Below are positions 8,545 through 17,857 of a stretch of 64,000 nucleotides of DNA, piece after piece. The position numbers and the translations under genes are program-made. Position 1 is the stretch's first letter, and every line of letters begins with the position of its first letter. The notes under the pieces were generated by a model. That model was not told the origin of the DNA and made no database searches. It saw nothing but the letters and a program-made list of their open reading frames with translations. The DNA is from Roseburia sp. (GTDB taxonomy: Bacteria > Bacillota > Clostridia > Lachnospirales > Lachnospiraceae). The stretch is taken from NCBI GenBank assembly GCA_050874345.1, contig JBNMKM010000005.1:51553-115552 (forward strand), written 5' to 3'.

Positions 8545-9519
8545 ATGGCAAAAGAAATTAACACCATTGGTGTACTCACAAGCGGTGGAGATGCACCGGG
8601 AATGAACGCAGCAATCCGTGCGGTAGTACGTGAGGCAATTGCAAAGGGAAAGAAAGTAAAAGGAATCAAACGTGGTTATGCAGGTCTTCTTCAGGAGGAG
8701 ATCATTGACATGGAAGCAAAGGATGTTTCCGATATCATCCAGCGCGGTGGTACAGTATTACAGACCGCACGCTGCATGGAGTTTACAACTCCGGAAGGAC
8801 AGCAGAAGGGTGCTGAAATCTGTAAAAAACATGGTATTGACGGTATCATCGTAATCGGTGGAGACGGTTCCTTTAAGGGAGCACAGAAGCTTGCAGCACT
8901 TGGAATCAATACCATCGGTCTTCCGGGAACCATCGACCTTGATATTGCATGCACCGAGTACACAATTGGATTTGATACCGCAGTAAATACAGCAATGGAA
9001 GCAATCGACAAGGTACGTGATACCTCTACCTCACATGAGCGCTGCAGCATCATTGAGGTTATGGGACGTGGTGCCGGATATATCGCATTATGGTGCGGAA
9101 TCGCAAATGGTGCAGAAGATATTCTTCTGCCGGAAAAATATGATTTTGATGAGCAGAAGATTGTAAACCACATCATCGAGAACCGTAAACGTGGCAAACA
9201 GCATCATATTATCATCAATGCAGAGGGAATTGGTCACTCTGCAAGTATGGCAAAACGAATCGAGGCAGCAACCGGTGTTGAGACCCGTGCGACGATTCTG
9301 GGTCATATGCAGCGTGGTGGAAGCCCGACATGTAAAGACCGTGTCTACGCTTCTACAATGGGAGCTATGGCAGTGGATTTGCTCTGCGAGGGCAAGTCAA
9401 ACCGTGTCGTAGGTTATCGTCACGGCGATTTCGTTGATTTTGATATTGATGAAGCATTGGCAATGGTAAAGACAATTCCGGAATATCAGTACGAAATCAG
9501 CAGAAATCTTTCCATGTAA
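8545..9519 (+). CDS. pfkA: ATP-dependent 6-phosphofructokinase
   Basis: IGVLTSGGDAPGMNAAIRAVV, IGGDGS, PGTIDLD and MGR motifs. 324 aa. Confidence 0.95.
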   Translation: MAKEINTIGVLTSGGDAPGMNAAIRAVVREAIAKGKKVKGIKRGYAGLLQEEIIDMEAKDVSDIIQRGGTVLQTARCMEFTTPEGQQKGAEICKKHGIDGIIVIGGDGSFKGAQKLAALGINTIGLPGTIDLDIACTEYTIGFDTAVNTAMEAIDKVRDTSTSHERCSIIEVMGRGAGYIALWCGIANGAEDILLPEKYDFDEQKIVNHIIENRKRGKQHHIIINAEGIGHSASMAKRIEAATGVETRATILGHMQRGGSPTCKDRVYASTMGAMAVDLLCEGKSNRVVGYRHGDFVDFDIDEALAMVKTIPEYQYEISRNLSM

Positions 9520-9541
9520 AAAACAGAACGAACAATGGAAG

Positions 9542-9579
9542 GCTGACGCACCAGAATCGTTGGTGCGTCAGCTTTATTA
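9542..9579 (+). terminator. rho-independent terminator after pfkA
   Basis: A perfect 12-bp stem, gctgacgcacca (9542-9553) with tggtgcgtcagc (9561-9572), followed by tttatta. Confidence 0.7.
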
Positions 9580-9658
9580 CTTTACAGGGCGCAGACGTGT
9601 GCGACAAGCGCGCACGTATTACAGGATTCTCATTATATATTAGGAATAGGAAGAGCAG

Positions 9659-10423
9659 ATGATTACAAGTACAGGCAATCAGCAGATGAAAAATATTGCG
9701 CTCCTGCAAAAGAAGGCAAAGGCGCGGAATGAGCAGGAGACATTTATCGTTGAAGGCAGAAAAATGTTTGGCGAAGTGCCAAAAGAATGGCTAAAAAAAG
9801 TATATGTGACGGAGCAGGTGGCAGAAGAGACCGACCTTTCAGGCGTTGATTATGAGGTGGTCGCAGATACCGTGTTTAAGAGCATCTCTGATACCCAGAC
9901 ACCGCAGGGCATTTTGTCGTTAGTTAAGATGCCGCACTATGAACTTTCGGATTTGCTTGCAGGAGAGAAAACGAATCTGCTGGTGCTTGAGAGCATCCAG
10001 GACCCAGGCAACCTTGGCACAATGCTCCGAACCGGAGAGGGTGCCGGAATTACCGGCGTAGTTATGAACCGCAACACCGTGGATTTGTTCAATCCAAAGA
10101 CTATCCGCTCGACGATGGGAAGCATTTACCGCGTGCCGTTTTATGTGAGCGAGAATCTGCCTGAGACGGTTCAGACGCTTCGGGAAGCGGGTGTGACACT
10201 GTTTGCGGCACATCTGAGAGGAAAAGCATCTTATGATAAGATGGATTACAAAAAGGCGTGCGGCTTTTTAATCGGAAACGAAGGAAACGGGCTTTCGGAT
10301 GAGCTTGCTGACCTTGCGGATGCGTATGTGCGGATTCCAATGGAGGGGAAGGTGGAGTCTTTAAATGCGGCGATTGCGGCATCCCTTCTGGTATACGAAG
10401 TGCACAGACAGAGACAGGATTAG
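9659..10423 (+). CDS. TrmH/SpoU family RNA 2'-O-methyltransferase
   Basis: QDPGNLGTMLRTGEGAGI, LIGNEGNGLS and ESLNAAIAASLLVYE are the three SpoU methylase motifs. Confidence 0.85.
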   Translation: MITSTGNQQMKNIALLQKKAKARNEQETFIVEGRKMFGEVPKEWLKKVYVTEQVAEETDLSGVDYEVVADTVFKSISDTQTPQGILSLVKMPHYELSDLLAGEKTNLLVLESIQDPGNLGTMLRTGEGAGITGVVMNRNTVDLFNPKTIRSTMGSIYRVPFYVSENLPETVQTLREAGVTLFAAHLRGKASYDKMDYKKACGFLIGNEGNGLSDELADLADAYVRIPMEGKVESLNAAIAASLLVYEVHRQRQD

Positions 10424-10440
10424 AGAAAGGACGACCCGAT

Positions 10441-10701
10441 ATGCGAATCTGGTTTAAAATAATAAAAGACAACCATCTGCTGCGGGACCTCACGGTGGAG
10501 GATGATTCGGCGGAGACAAGAACCCACAAGATTTTTCAGGCGCTTGAGGAGGCGTGTTATGCCTTTGACCTTGGAAAACCCATCTGGTTAGATGCCAATG
10601 TGCAGGAGTTTAAGCGCCACGCAAAGACAAGGTTCAGGCAGGACAGTTTTGTGGAGCAGATTGAATTTGATTTCCTGGAAATGCAGGTCATTGAGGAGTA
10701 A
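10441..10701 (+). CDS. small hypothetical protein (86 aa)
   Basis: Clean ORF packed tightly between the neighbouring genes. No motif recognised. Confidence 0.45.
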   Translation: MRIWFKIIKDNHLLRDLTVEDDSAETRTHKIFQALEEACYAFDLGKPIWLDANVQEFKRHAKTRFRQDSFVEQIEFDFLEMQVIEE

Positions 10702-10721
10702 CAGAAAAAGGAGCGGCAGTT

Positions 10722-11783
10722 ATGGAAAAGTTTCTGGCATTTTTAAAGAAAAAGAATATTGAACTTTCGGTCAAACGCTATTTTATCGATGCACTTGGCG
10801 CAATGGCGCAGGGATTGTTTGCATCACTTTTAATCGGAACCATTGTTTCCACGATTGGAACCCAGTTTGGAATCGAACTTCTGGTGACAGTGGGAACTTA
10901 TGCGAAGGCAGCGGTGGGACCTGCGATGGCAGTTGCAATCGGGTTTGCACTGCAGGCATCTCCACTTGTCCTGTTTTCACTGGCAGCAGTAGGGGCAGCG
11001 GCAAATGAACTCGGAGGAGCGGGTGGCCCGCTTGCAGTTCTTGTTGTGACGATTTTTGCGGCAGAGTTTGGAAAACTTGTTTCCAAAGAAACAAAAATAG
11101 ATATTATCGTAACTCCGTTTGTCACAATCTTTGTGGGTGTCGGACTGTCTGTATGGTGGGCGCCGGCAATTGGAAAAGCCGCAAGTGTTGTTGGAAATGC
11201 CATCATGTGGGCAACGGAGTTACAGCCGTTTTTCATGGGAATTATCGTATCAGTATTGGTTGGAATTGCACTCACACTTCCCATCAGCAGTGCAGCAATC
11301 TGTGCGGCGCTTGGGCTTACGGGACTTGCAGGAGGTGCAGCACTTGCCGGCTGCTGTGCGCAGATGGTCGGATTTGCGGTGGCAAGCTTCCGCGACAACA
11401 AGTGGGGCGGACTTGTTTCACAGGGAATTGGAACTTCGATGCTTCAGATGGGAAATATTGTAAAAAAACCGGTCATCTGGCTTCCGGCGATTCTTGCTTC
11501 CGCAGTGACAGGACCGCTTGCAACCTGCGTATTTCATCTGGAAATGAACGGTGCAGCAATTTCTTCCGGTATGGGAACCTGCGGACTTGTCGGACAGATT
11601 GGAGTGTATACAGGCTGGATTTCACAGATTGAGGCAGGCAGCAAGGCAGCCATTACAGCAGGAGACTGGATGGGGTTAATTCTGGTGTCCTTCGTGCTTC
11701 CGGGTGTGCTTGCATGGCTTTTTACAGCGCTGTTTCGCAAAGCGGGCATCATCAAAGACGGTGATATGAAACTGGATTTATAG
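10722..11783 (+). CDS. PTS EIIC-like integral membrane permease (PTS_EIIC_2-type), orphan
   Basis: The N-terminus KRYFIDALGAMAQGLFASLLIGTIVSTIG and the Gly/Ala-rich polytopic membrane profile are typical of the stand-alone EIIC_2 family. No EIIA, EIIB or HPr gene is nearby. Confidence 0.55.
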   Translation: MEKFLAFLKKKNIELSVKRYFIDALGAMAQGLFASLLIGTIVSTIGTQFGIELLVTVGTYAKAAVGPAMAVAIGFALQASPLVLFSLAAVGAAANELGGAGGPLAVLVVTIFAAEFGKLVSKETKIDIIVTPFVTIFVGVGLSVWWAPAIGKAASVVGNAIMWATELQPFFMGIIVSVLVGIALTLPISSAAICAALGLTGLAGGAALAGCCAQMVGFAVASFRDNKWGGLVSQGIGTSMLQMGNIVKKPVIWLPAILASAVTGPLATCVFHLEMNGAAISSGMGTCGLVGQIGVYTGWISQIEAGSKAAITAGDWMGLILVSFVLPGVLAWLFTALFRKAGIIKDGDMKLDL

Positions 11784-11847
11784 GAGATTTCAAATTAGTA
11801 AAAATTTAACAAATTTTTTCTAGAATCGGGCATAGAATAGAAAAGTG

Positions 11848-11856
11848 TGGTATAAT
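11848..11856 (+). promoter_or_regulatory. extended -10 promoter element (TGgTATAAT) upstream of the alarmone synthetase operon
   Basis: tgg tataat at 11848-11856, about 38 nt upstream of the ATG at 11894. Confidence 0.4.
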
Positions 11857-11893
11857 GAATGAAAGTGAGTAAAAATGTATTTGGAGGGATTAC

Positions 11894-12553
11894 ATGGAAA
11901 AACCATTCACATTGAGTGATGGGGTGGATGATTGGAACACCATAATATTTTTATACAGATCAGCACTGAGGGAAGTGGGCACCAAGGTTGAGATTTTAAA
12001 CGATGAATTTCAGCATGTGCACCAGTACAATCCAATCGAATACATAAAATCCAGAATTAAAACACCGGAGAGTATTGTAAAAAAATTAAAGCGCGGCGGT
12101 TACGATTCCTCGCTGGAAAACATGGTCAATTATGTCAATGACATTGCAGGAATCCGGATTGTCTGTTCTTTTACGTCCGATATTTACAAACTTGCGGAGA
12201 TGATAGGCAGACAGAATGACCTGACCGTAATCTCAGTGAAAGACTATATTCGTCACCCAAAAGAGAGCGGCTATAAAAGTTATCATATGCTTGTGACGGT
12301 ACCGATTTTTCTTTCTGACCGGACCATCGACACGAAGGTGGAGATTCAGATTCGTACGATGGCGATGGATTTCTGGGCGAGTTTAGAGCACAAGATTTAT
12401 TACAAATTTGAGGGAAACGCACCACAGTATATCAGCAGAGACCTAAGAGAATGTTCCGAAATCGTATCCATGCTGGACGCCAAAATGCTCCAGTTAAATG
12501 AAGCGATTTTAGAAGCGAAGGCGGCACAGGAGGAGGAAACAGGTGCAGTATAA
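11894..12553 (+). CDS. small alarmone synthetase (RelQ/RelP-type GTP pyrophosphokinase)
   Basis: DIAGIRIVCSF, SGYKSYHMLV, EIQIRTMAMDFWASLEHKIYYK: the RelA/SpoT synthetase-only fold of about 220 aa. Confidence 0.85.
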   Translation: MEKPFTLSDGVDDWNTIIFLYRSALREVGTKVEILNDEFQHVHQYNPIEYIKSRIKTPESIVKKLKRGGYDSSLENMVNYVNDIAGIRIVCSFTSDIYKLAEMIGRQNDLTVISVKDYIRHPKESGYKSYHMLVTVPIFLSDRTIDTKVEIQIRTMAMDFWASLEHKIYYKFEGNAPQYISRDLRECSEIVSMLDAKMLQLNEAILEAKAAQEEETGAV

Positions 12554-14483
12554 TTACGATTTTGAGATTGCAGCATTGACCGTGATGGGGGCGGTGCTGC
12601 TGCATTTCCTTTTTACACGTCAGTTTGCAACCCGGAAAGTTCGATGCTTTCTGGCGTTGCTTTTAACGTGTATAGCGGAATCCACATTTAACATTATATC
12701 ATGTGCAGGGCTGGCAAATGCAGAGCTTGTTCCACAATTCTGGAATGAGTTGTTTGCGTTTGCTTTTTTTGCACTTGAGGGACTGAGTTCTTATTTTGTG
12801 TACCGCTATATCAGAGCACTCTGTGGGATGGAAAACGGAGAACACAGGTGGCAGCGGGCGGCGGCTTTTTTCCCGTTTGTGTTGTTTGAGATTGCACTTC
12901 TTACAACGCCCGTAACCGGATTTTTCTATTATTTTAAGGACAATGTTTATTATCAGGGATATGGTGCTGATTTGGGGTATTACTACATCATTTACTGCTT
13001 TATTTTAAGCATGGTCGCATTTTTGCAGAGCTGGAAGCGGATGGACAGGCGCACGAAGTGGCTGTTAGTAATTTACTGTATCATTGCGGTTTATGCGATT
13101 TATATCCAGTTCCATATGCGGGGGATTTTACTTACAGGTGTAGGAAATACGATGATTATCCTGATTATGTATTTATGTCTGCAAAATCCGGGCGAGATGC
13201 TAGACCCCGTCACCCGTGTGGGAAATGAACAGGCATTCCGCGTGCAGCTTAAGGGCTACATTGACCGCAAAATGCCGGTCTGGATTGTCACTATCAGTAT
13301 CCAGAGACTGCACCGGATTGAGCGTATGCTTGGCATTGAAATGGCAAACCAGGTGCTTGAGGAAATTGCGGCATTTTTAGATCCGCTTCAAAAACGTGGG
13401 AATGTATTCCGCAACACGCAGGAATCATTCTGTATTCTGACTTTAAGCGAGGAAGAGAAAAATCAGATTGTTGAAAAAATTAAAACGCGGTTTGCGGGTG
13501 AGTGGAACCGTGCAGAAAGTCCGCTTGTTGTAAATGCGGCAATTGTAGTGCAACAATATCCGAGAGATTTTGAAAGCATGGAGGATTATTCCGAGATGCA
13601 GGATTATATGCTCGAACAGGCGCGCAAGGCAAAGCATCTGACAGTGATGGATGCGGCGGAGCAGACCATCGAGGATTACAGGCGCAGGGAAAAAGTGGAG
13701 ACAGCACTCGAGCGCGCCTTACAGGAACACAAGATAGAAGTGTTTTATCAGCCAATTTATTCGTTAAAGGACAAGCGGATTGTTTCGTTAGAGGCGCTTG
13801 CAAGGCTTCATGACGATGAGCTCGGCTATATCCCACCGGATGAATTTATTGAACTTGCGGAGAAGAACGGAAGTATTCTGATGCTTGGAGAGCAGGTGCT
13901 AGAGGAGAGCTGCAGGTTCCTTGCAAAGCATGTTTTATCAAACGAATCGCTTGGAATTACTTCCATTCAGGTAAATGTATCCGTAGCGCAGTGTTTCCGT
14001 CTGAATCTCGAGGAGACGGTGCTTCCGATTATGGAAAAATATCACATTCCGTACTCGATGATTGTGCTTGAGCTGACAGAGGGAATTGCTGTTCAGATGC
14101 CGGAGCTGATGTTAAAACATATGGAGAATCTCGGCAAACATGGAATCGAATTCGCCATGGACGATTACGGAAGTGGAAACTCCAATTGCAGCTATCTCAT
14201 CCGCTTCCCGTTTGCGGAAGTCAAGATTGACAAGGAAATGGTATGGGACTATTTCAAGAGCGATACTGCAAAAATTGTGCTGGAAAATGAAATCCGGACG
14301 ATTCAGATGCTTGGGAGAAGAATTATTGCAGAAGGAATCGAGACAAAAGAGCAGAGCGATGCAATGGATGCGCTTGGGGTGGATTGTATACAGGGATATT
14401 ATTATGGAAAGCCGATGCCGGAGACGGAATGTCTGCGCTACATCCGTAATTTCAGTGCGGAATCGGTGGAAAAATTCTTTTGA
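12543..14483 (+). CDS. membrane sensor protein with degenerate GGDEF and intact EAL domain (c-di-GMP phosphodiesterase)
   Basis: GTG start after GGAGGAGG. About 6 N-terminal TM helices. The GGDEF position reads RNTQESF (degenerate). EAL signatures are present: FYQPI, SLEALARL, QVNVS, ELTEG, DDYGSG, KIDK, AEGIET, QGYYYGKP. Confidence 0.85.
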   Translation: MQYNYDFEIAALTVMGAVLLHFLFTRQFATRKVRCFLALLLTCIAESTFNIISCAGLANAELVPQFWNELFAFAFFALEGLSSYFVYRYIRALCGMENGEHRWQRAAAFFPFVLFEIALLTTPVTGFFYYFKDNVYYQGYGADLGYYYIIYCFILSMVAFLQSWKRMDRRTKWLLVIYCIIAVYAIYIQFHMRGILLTGVGNTMIILIMYLCLQNPGEMLDPVTRVGNEQAFRVQLKGYIDRKMPVWIVTISIQRLHRIERMLGIEMANQVLEEIAAFLDPLQKRGNVFRNTQESFCILTLSEEEKNQIVEKIKTRFAGEWNRAESPLVVNAAIVVQQYPRDFESMEDYSEMQDYMLEQARKAKHLTVMDAAEQTIEDYRRREKVETALERALQEHKIEVFYQPIYSLKDKRIVSLEALARLHDDELGYIPPDEFIELAEKNGSILMLGEQVLEESCRFLAKHVLSNESLGITSIQVNVSVAQCFRLNLEETVLPIMEKYHIPYSMIVLELTEGIAVQMPELMLKHMENLGKHGIEFAMDDYGSGNSNCSYLIRFPFAEVKIDKEMVWDYFKSDTAKIVLENEIRTIQMLGRRIIAEGIETKEQSDAMDALGVDCIQGYYYGKPMPETECLRYIRNFSAESVEKFF

Positions 14484-14527
14484 CGCTCAGCAGTCAGTAA
14501 AGCCTGGAATGTACAAAGGAAAAGTTT

Positions 14528-15265
14528 ATGATAAAAATAGCATTTTGTGATGATGATTTAGAGATATTAAAAGAATTTGGTATCTTATTGGACAAATATA
14601 AAACAGAACGGGACAAAGACCTTACCAGTACGGTATTTCAGAGTCCGCTGGAGTTACTGGCTGCGGTTGAGAAGGGGCTTTCTTTTGATATTTTATTTTT
14701 GGACGTTTTAATGCCGGGGGAAAATGGAATTGAGGTCGCAAAAGAAATCAGACAGTATGATAATAATATGAAAATTATTTTTCTTACCTCCTCTCCGGAA
14801 TTTGCAGTGCAGTCTTACACGGTCGGAGCATATTTTTATCAGTTAAAGCCAATCCTGGAGGAAAGTTTTTTCCGGTTGATGGATTCCGTGCTTGCAGAGT
14901 GCACAAAGACACAGGAAAACAGTCTGATTTTGCGGAGTAAAGAAGGAATTACAAGAATTGACCTTGAAAAGTTGGAATATTGTGAAGTGATAGGGCGGAC
15001 ACTCTTTTTCCACCTTGGAAATGGAAAAGTATTTGAGAGCGTTGGCAGCCTGGACGATTTATCTTTGCAGTTAGAGCCTTATGGCAATTTTTTACGACCT
15101 CACAGGTCATTTCTGGTGAATATGGAGTACATACAGAATATCTCCTACCGCGCAATTAAAATGATAAGTCTTGCGGAAATACCAATCCCTCACGGAAAAT
15201 GCTCGGAAATAAAGAATAAATATCTTGAGTATGCATTTAGCAGAAAGCAGGTATTTTTATCATGA
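14528..15265 (+). CDS. LytTR-family response regulator
   Basis: Receiver domain (CDDD...ILFLDVLMPGENG...K) plus a C-terminal LytTR DNA-binding domain (FLRPHRSFLVNMEYI). Confidence 0.9.
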   Translation: MIKIAFCDDDLEILKEFGILLDKYKTERDKDLTSTVFQSPLELLAAVEKGLSFDILFLDVLMPGENGIEVAKEIRQYDNNMKIIFLTSSPEFAVQSYTVGAYFYQLKPILEESFFRLMDSVLAECTKTQENSLILRSKEGITRIDLEKLEYCEVIGRTLFFHLGNGKVFESVGSLDDLSLQLEPYGNFLRPHRSFLVNMEYIQNISYRAIKMISLAEIPIPHGKCSEIKNKYLEYAFSRKQVFLS

Positions 15266-16521
15266 ATCTTCTTTATGTAATAAACGGTGCAGCAGTCGGG
15301 ATATTCGGTATGGTTTTATCCGGGGCCTTCTGTGATATACACTGGACGAAAGAAAAACGGGTATTTCTTGTTGGAAGTATTTTTGTGCTGCTTGCCATAC
15401 AGGGCGTGATGTATCTGTCGGTCGGGGCAGAGACAATCCGTTATCTTTATCCTGTGATTACACATATCCCGATGTGCATTGCCCTTTGGATTTTAACAAA
15501 AAAACGTCTGTGGACGGTGATTTCCGTACTGACCGCATACCTCTGCTGTCAGCTTCGCAGGTGGGTGGCACTTTTTGTAATGGCTGTGTCTGTGAACAGT
15601 GAAACGGTGCAAAATGTGGTGGAGCTGATTGCTACACTGCCGTTACTATTTCTTTTACTGCGCTTTGTAGCACCTTCGGTGCGGGCAATATCAGGTTATC
15701 CCGTGTCAATACAGCTTCAGTTCGGGTTAATTCCGGCGCTTGGCTACGGGTTTGATTACCTGACGAGAGTTTATACGGATTTGCTTTCGAAGGGCATACC
15801 GGCGGCAGTGGAATTTATGCCGTTCGTCTGTTGTATTGCTTATCTGGTATTTGTGCTTCGTACTTCGGAGGAGGAGCGGAAGAAAAATGAACTCGAGCAG
15901 ACGCAGAGCTGTCTGAACCTCCAGATTTCCCAGGCGGTCCGCGAGATTGAGGCTTTAAGGGAGTCGCAGAAAGATGCCAGTACCTATCGGCATGATTTAA
16001 GACATCATATGCAGCATCTGTTAACCTGTATCGAGAATGGAAAAGTTGAGCAGGCAGAAGACTACATTCATGAAGTGTGTGCACAGATTGAGGCAAGCAG
16101 GGTAAAAAAATATTGTGAGAATGAGACAATCAATCTTATTTTTTCCTCCTTTGCAGGAAGGGCGGAAAGTGCGGGTGTCGCAATGAATATAAAAGCGGTG
16201 GTACCGCATATTCTTCCGGTTTCAGAGACGGATTTGTGTGTGCTTTTATCAAATGCGTTAGAAAATGCACTCCATGCGTGTACTGCACAGGAGCAGAAGG
16301 GAACGATAGATATTTTAGCGTATGAGAAGAACGAAAGATTCTTTTTTCAGATCACGAATCCATGCAAAAAAGAAGTAGTATTTGAAAATGGTGTTCCGGT
16401 TACCGACCGGCCAGGACATGGAATCGGCGTACGCAGTATCTGTGCAATTGTTGAGCGGTATGGCGGTATGTACAGCTTTCTGGTAAAAGAGAATGAATTT
16501 ATTTTGCGTGTTTCTTTATAG
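15262..16521 (+). CDS. GHKL-type sensor histidine kinase (AgrC/LytS-like, polytopic N-terminus)
   Basis: ATGA overlap with the regulator gene. 5-6 TM helices. Phospho-His region YRHDLRHHMQHL. ATPase N-box LLSNALENAL and G-box GHGIG. Confidence 0.8.
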   Translation: MNLLYVINGAAVGIFGMVLSGAFCDIHWTKEKRVFLVGSIFVLLAIQGVMYLSVGAETIRYLYPVITHIPMCIALWILTKKRLWTVISVLTAYLCCQLRRWVALFVMAVSVNSETVQNVVELIATLPLLFLLLRFVAPSVRAISGYPVSIQLQFGLIPALGYGFDYLTRVYTDLLSKGIPAAVEFMPFVCCIAYLVFVLRTSEEERKKNELEQTQSCLNLQISQAVREIEALRESQKDASTYRHDLRHHMQHLLTCIENGKVEQAEDYIHEVCAQIEASRVKKYCENETINLIFSSFAGRAESAGVAMNIKAVVPHILPVSETDLCVLLSNALENALHACTAQEQKGTIDILAYEKNERFFFQITNPCKKEVVFENGVPVTDRPGHGIGVRSICAIVERYGGMYSFLVKENEFILRVSL

Positions 16522-16522
16522 G

Positions 16523-16544
16523 GTGCAGCTTTTTGCTGCACTTT
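16523..16544 (+). terminator. short hairpin terminator after the kinase gene
   Basis: gtgcagc-ttttt-gctgcac followed by ttt. The stem is only 7 bp and the T-run is short. Confidence 0.45.
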
Positions 16545-16702
16545 AAAAAGAAACAATTGAACTACATACGAAGCGTAAAAATGTCGATTGAGCGCACATT
16601 ATAGTCGATTCAGAACAGGTCGCTCCCCTGTGGCACAAAATACGGTACATTAATGTCAACAGGGAGAACCTGAAAGAAAAAGTGACAAAGGAGAGAGATA
16701 TT

Positions 16703-17299
16703 ATGAAGAAAAAATTTTTAGCAATGATGTTGAGCTCAATGATGGCGTTCTCTTTTACCGCCTGCGGAGATACCGAGGAGCCTGCTGACAGCACAGTGAC
16801 AAACGCAGAGGCAGATGCAGCAGATACCGACACTGATGTGGAGACAGATACAGCGGATACCGACGCAGACACAGACACAGACGTATCAGATGCACAAAGC
16901 GAAGATGCGGAAGCAGAGTCTACCGAAGACTTATTCTGTCTGCTTGATGTGCCGATTTTAGAGATGCCGGACTTAGCAGGAACAACCTGGAGCTTCTGTG
17001 GAGGTAACCTTGGCGGTGTACAAATGACACAGGACGACTTTGATGCTGCATTAGAGCAGTATGGCGGAACATTAGACATTGTGTTTAGCGATGATGGTTC
17101 CACTGTACAGATGGTACAGGGAGGTGGCACGTTAGATGGTGTCTGTGAGTATGATTATGAGGATGAAGGGGTACGTTTAACATTTGATAATAACGGAACA
17201 GATCTGGTATACGCATGTGTGTTTGTTGATTTTGATGGACTGACAATGGTAGCATTGACCGATACTTCCGGATACAATGCAGTATATTTTGCACAGTAA
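16703..17299 (+). CDS. lipoprotein with acidic Asp/Thr/Ala-rich linker
   Basis: MKKKFLAMMLSSMMAFSFTAC has a lipobox (FTAC). It is followed by DTDTDVETDTADTDADTDTDVSD low-complexity sequence. ATG 16703 follows AGGAGAG. Confidence 0.7.
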   Translation: MKKKFLAMMLSSMMAFSFTACGDTEEPADSTVTNAEADAADTDTDVETDTADTDADTDTDVSDAQSEDAEAESTEDLFCLLDVPILEMPDLAGTTWSFCGGNLGGVQMTQDDFDAALEQYGGTLDIVFSDDGSTVQMVQGGGTLDGVCEYDYEDEGVRLTFDNNGTDLVYACVFVDFDGLTMVALTDTSGYNAVYFAQ

Positions 17300-17311
17300 A
17301 GGAGTTTTTGA

Positions 17312-17857
17312 ATGGAAATCTCTGTAATTGTTTGTTTGCTTGTGATTTTATTTGCAATATGGATTGTTTCTGTACAGAAAAAATTAGCAATCATGGACGA
17401 AAATATTAACTATTCAATGAATCAGATTGGAGTGCAGCTTTCGTCACGGTTTGATGCGTTACTTTCTTTACTTGAGTTTACAAAAAAATATGCAGGATAC
17501 GAGGCACAGACACTTACAGAGACAGTAAATGAAAAACGGTGTATCATTATGGAAACATCTACCCCGGAGGAGGTTTTGCGCCAGGAAAGTGTGATAAACG
17601 AGGTGCTTTTCCGGACACAGACGGTTTTAGAAGAATATCCGGGTTTGGTTGCCGAAAATGAATACATCAAATATATGGACGCAGTAGAGTGTTATGAAAA
17701 AATGGTGCAGACCAGTCGGCTGATTTATAATGATTCGGTGACAAAATTAAACAGAGAACTTCACATTTTTCCAACCAGTGTGCTTGCACGTATGCTCGGA
17801 TTTAAAAAACGGGATTATCTGGTAGAAAATTATCAAAAAGGGAGATGCAAAGGATGA
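17312..17857 (+). CDS. LemA family protein
   Basis: N-terminal TM helix. The pattern ...NQIGVQLSSRFDAL...YNDSVTKLNRELHIFPTSVLARMLGF matches the LemA family. Confidence 0.85.
   Translation: MEISVIVCLLVILFAIWIVSVQKKLAIMDENINYSMNQIGVQLSSRFDALLSLLEFTKKYAGYEAQTLTETVNEKRCIIMETSTPEEVLRQESVINEVLFRTQTVLEEYPGLVAENEYIKYMDAVECYEKMVQTSRLIYNDSVTKLNRELHIFPTSVLARMLGFKKRDYLVENYQKGRCKG

Noticed and set aside
8691-9197. 168-aa minus-strand ORF, and other short overlapping ORFs inside pfkA, dnaE, the PTS-EIIC-like gene and the rha genes
   Set aside because: All lie within strongly supported genes on the other strand or frame and lack motifs.
11894-12553. Small alarmone synthetase as a toxSAS toxin-antitoxin module
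   Set aside because: The sequence follows the housekeeping RelQ/RelP pattern. The overlapping downstream gene is a large EAL membrane protein, not a small antitoxin.
16543-17130. 195-aa Ser/Ala/Val-rich minus-strand ORF
   Set aside because: It is the reverse complement of the Asp/Thr-rich linker of the lipoprotein gene. The plus-strand gene has a lipobox and an RBS, and the minus-strand ORF has neither.
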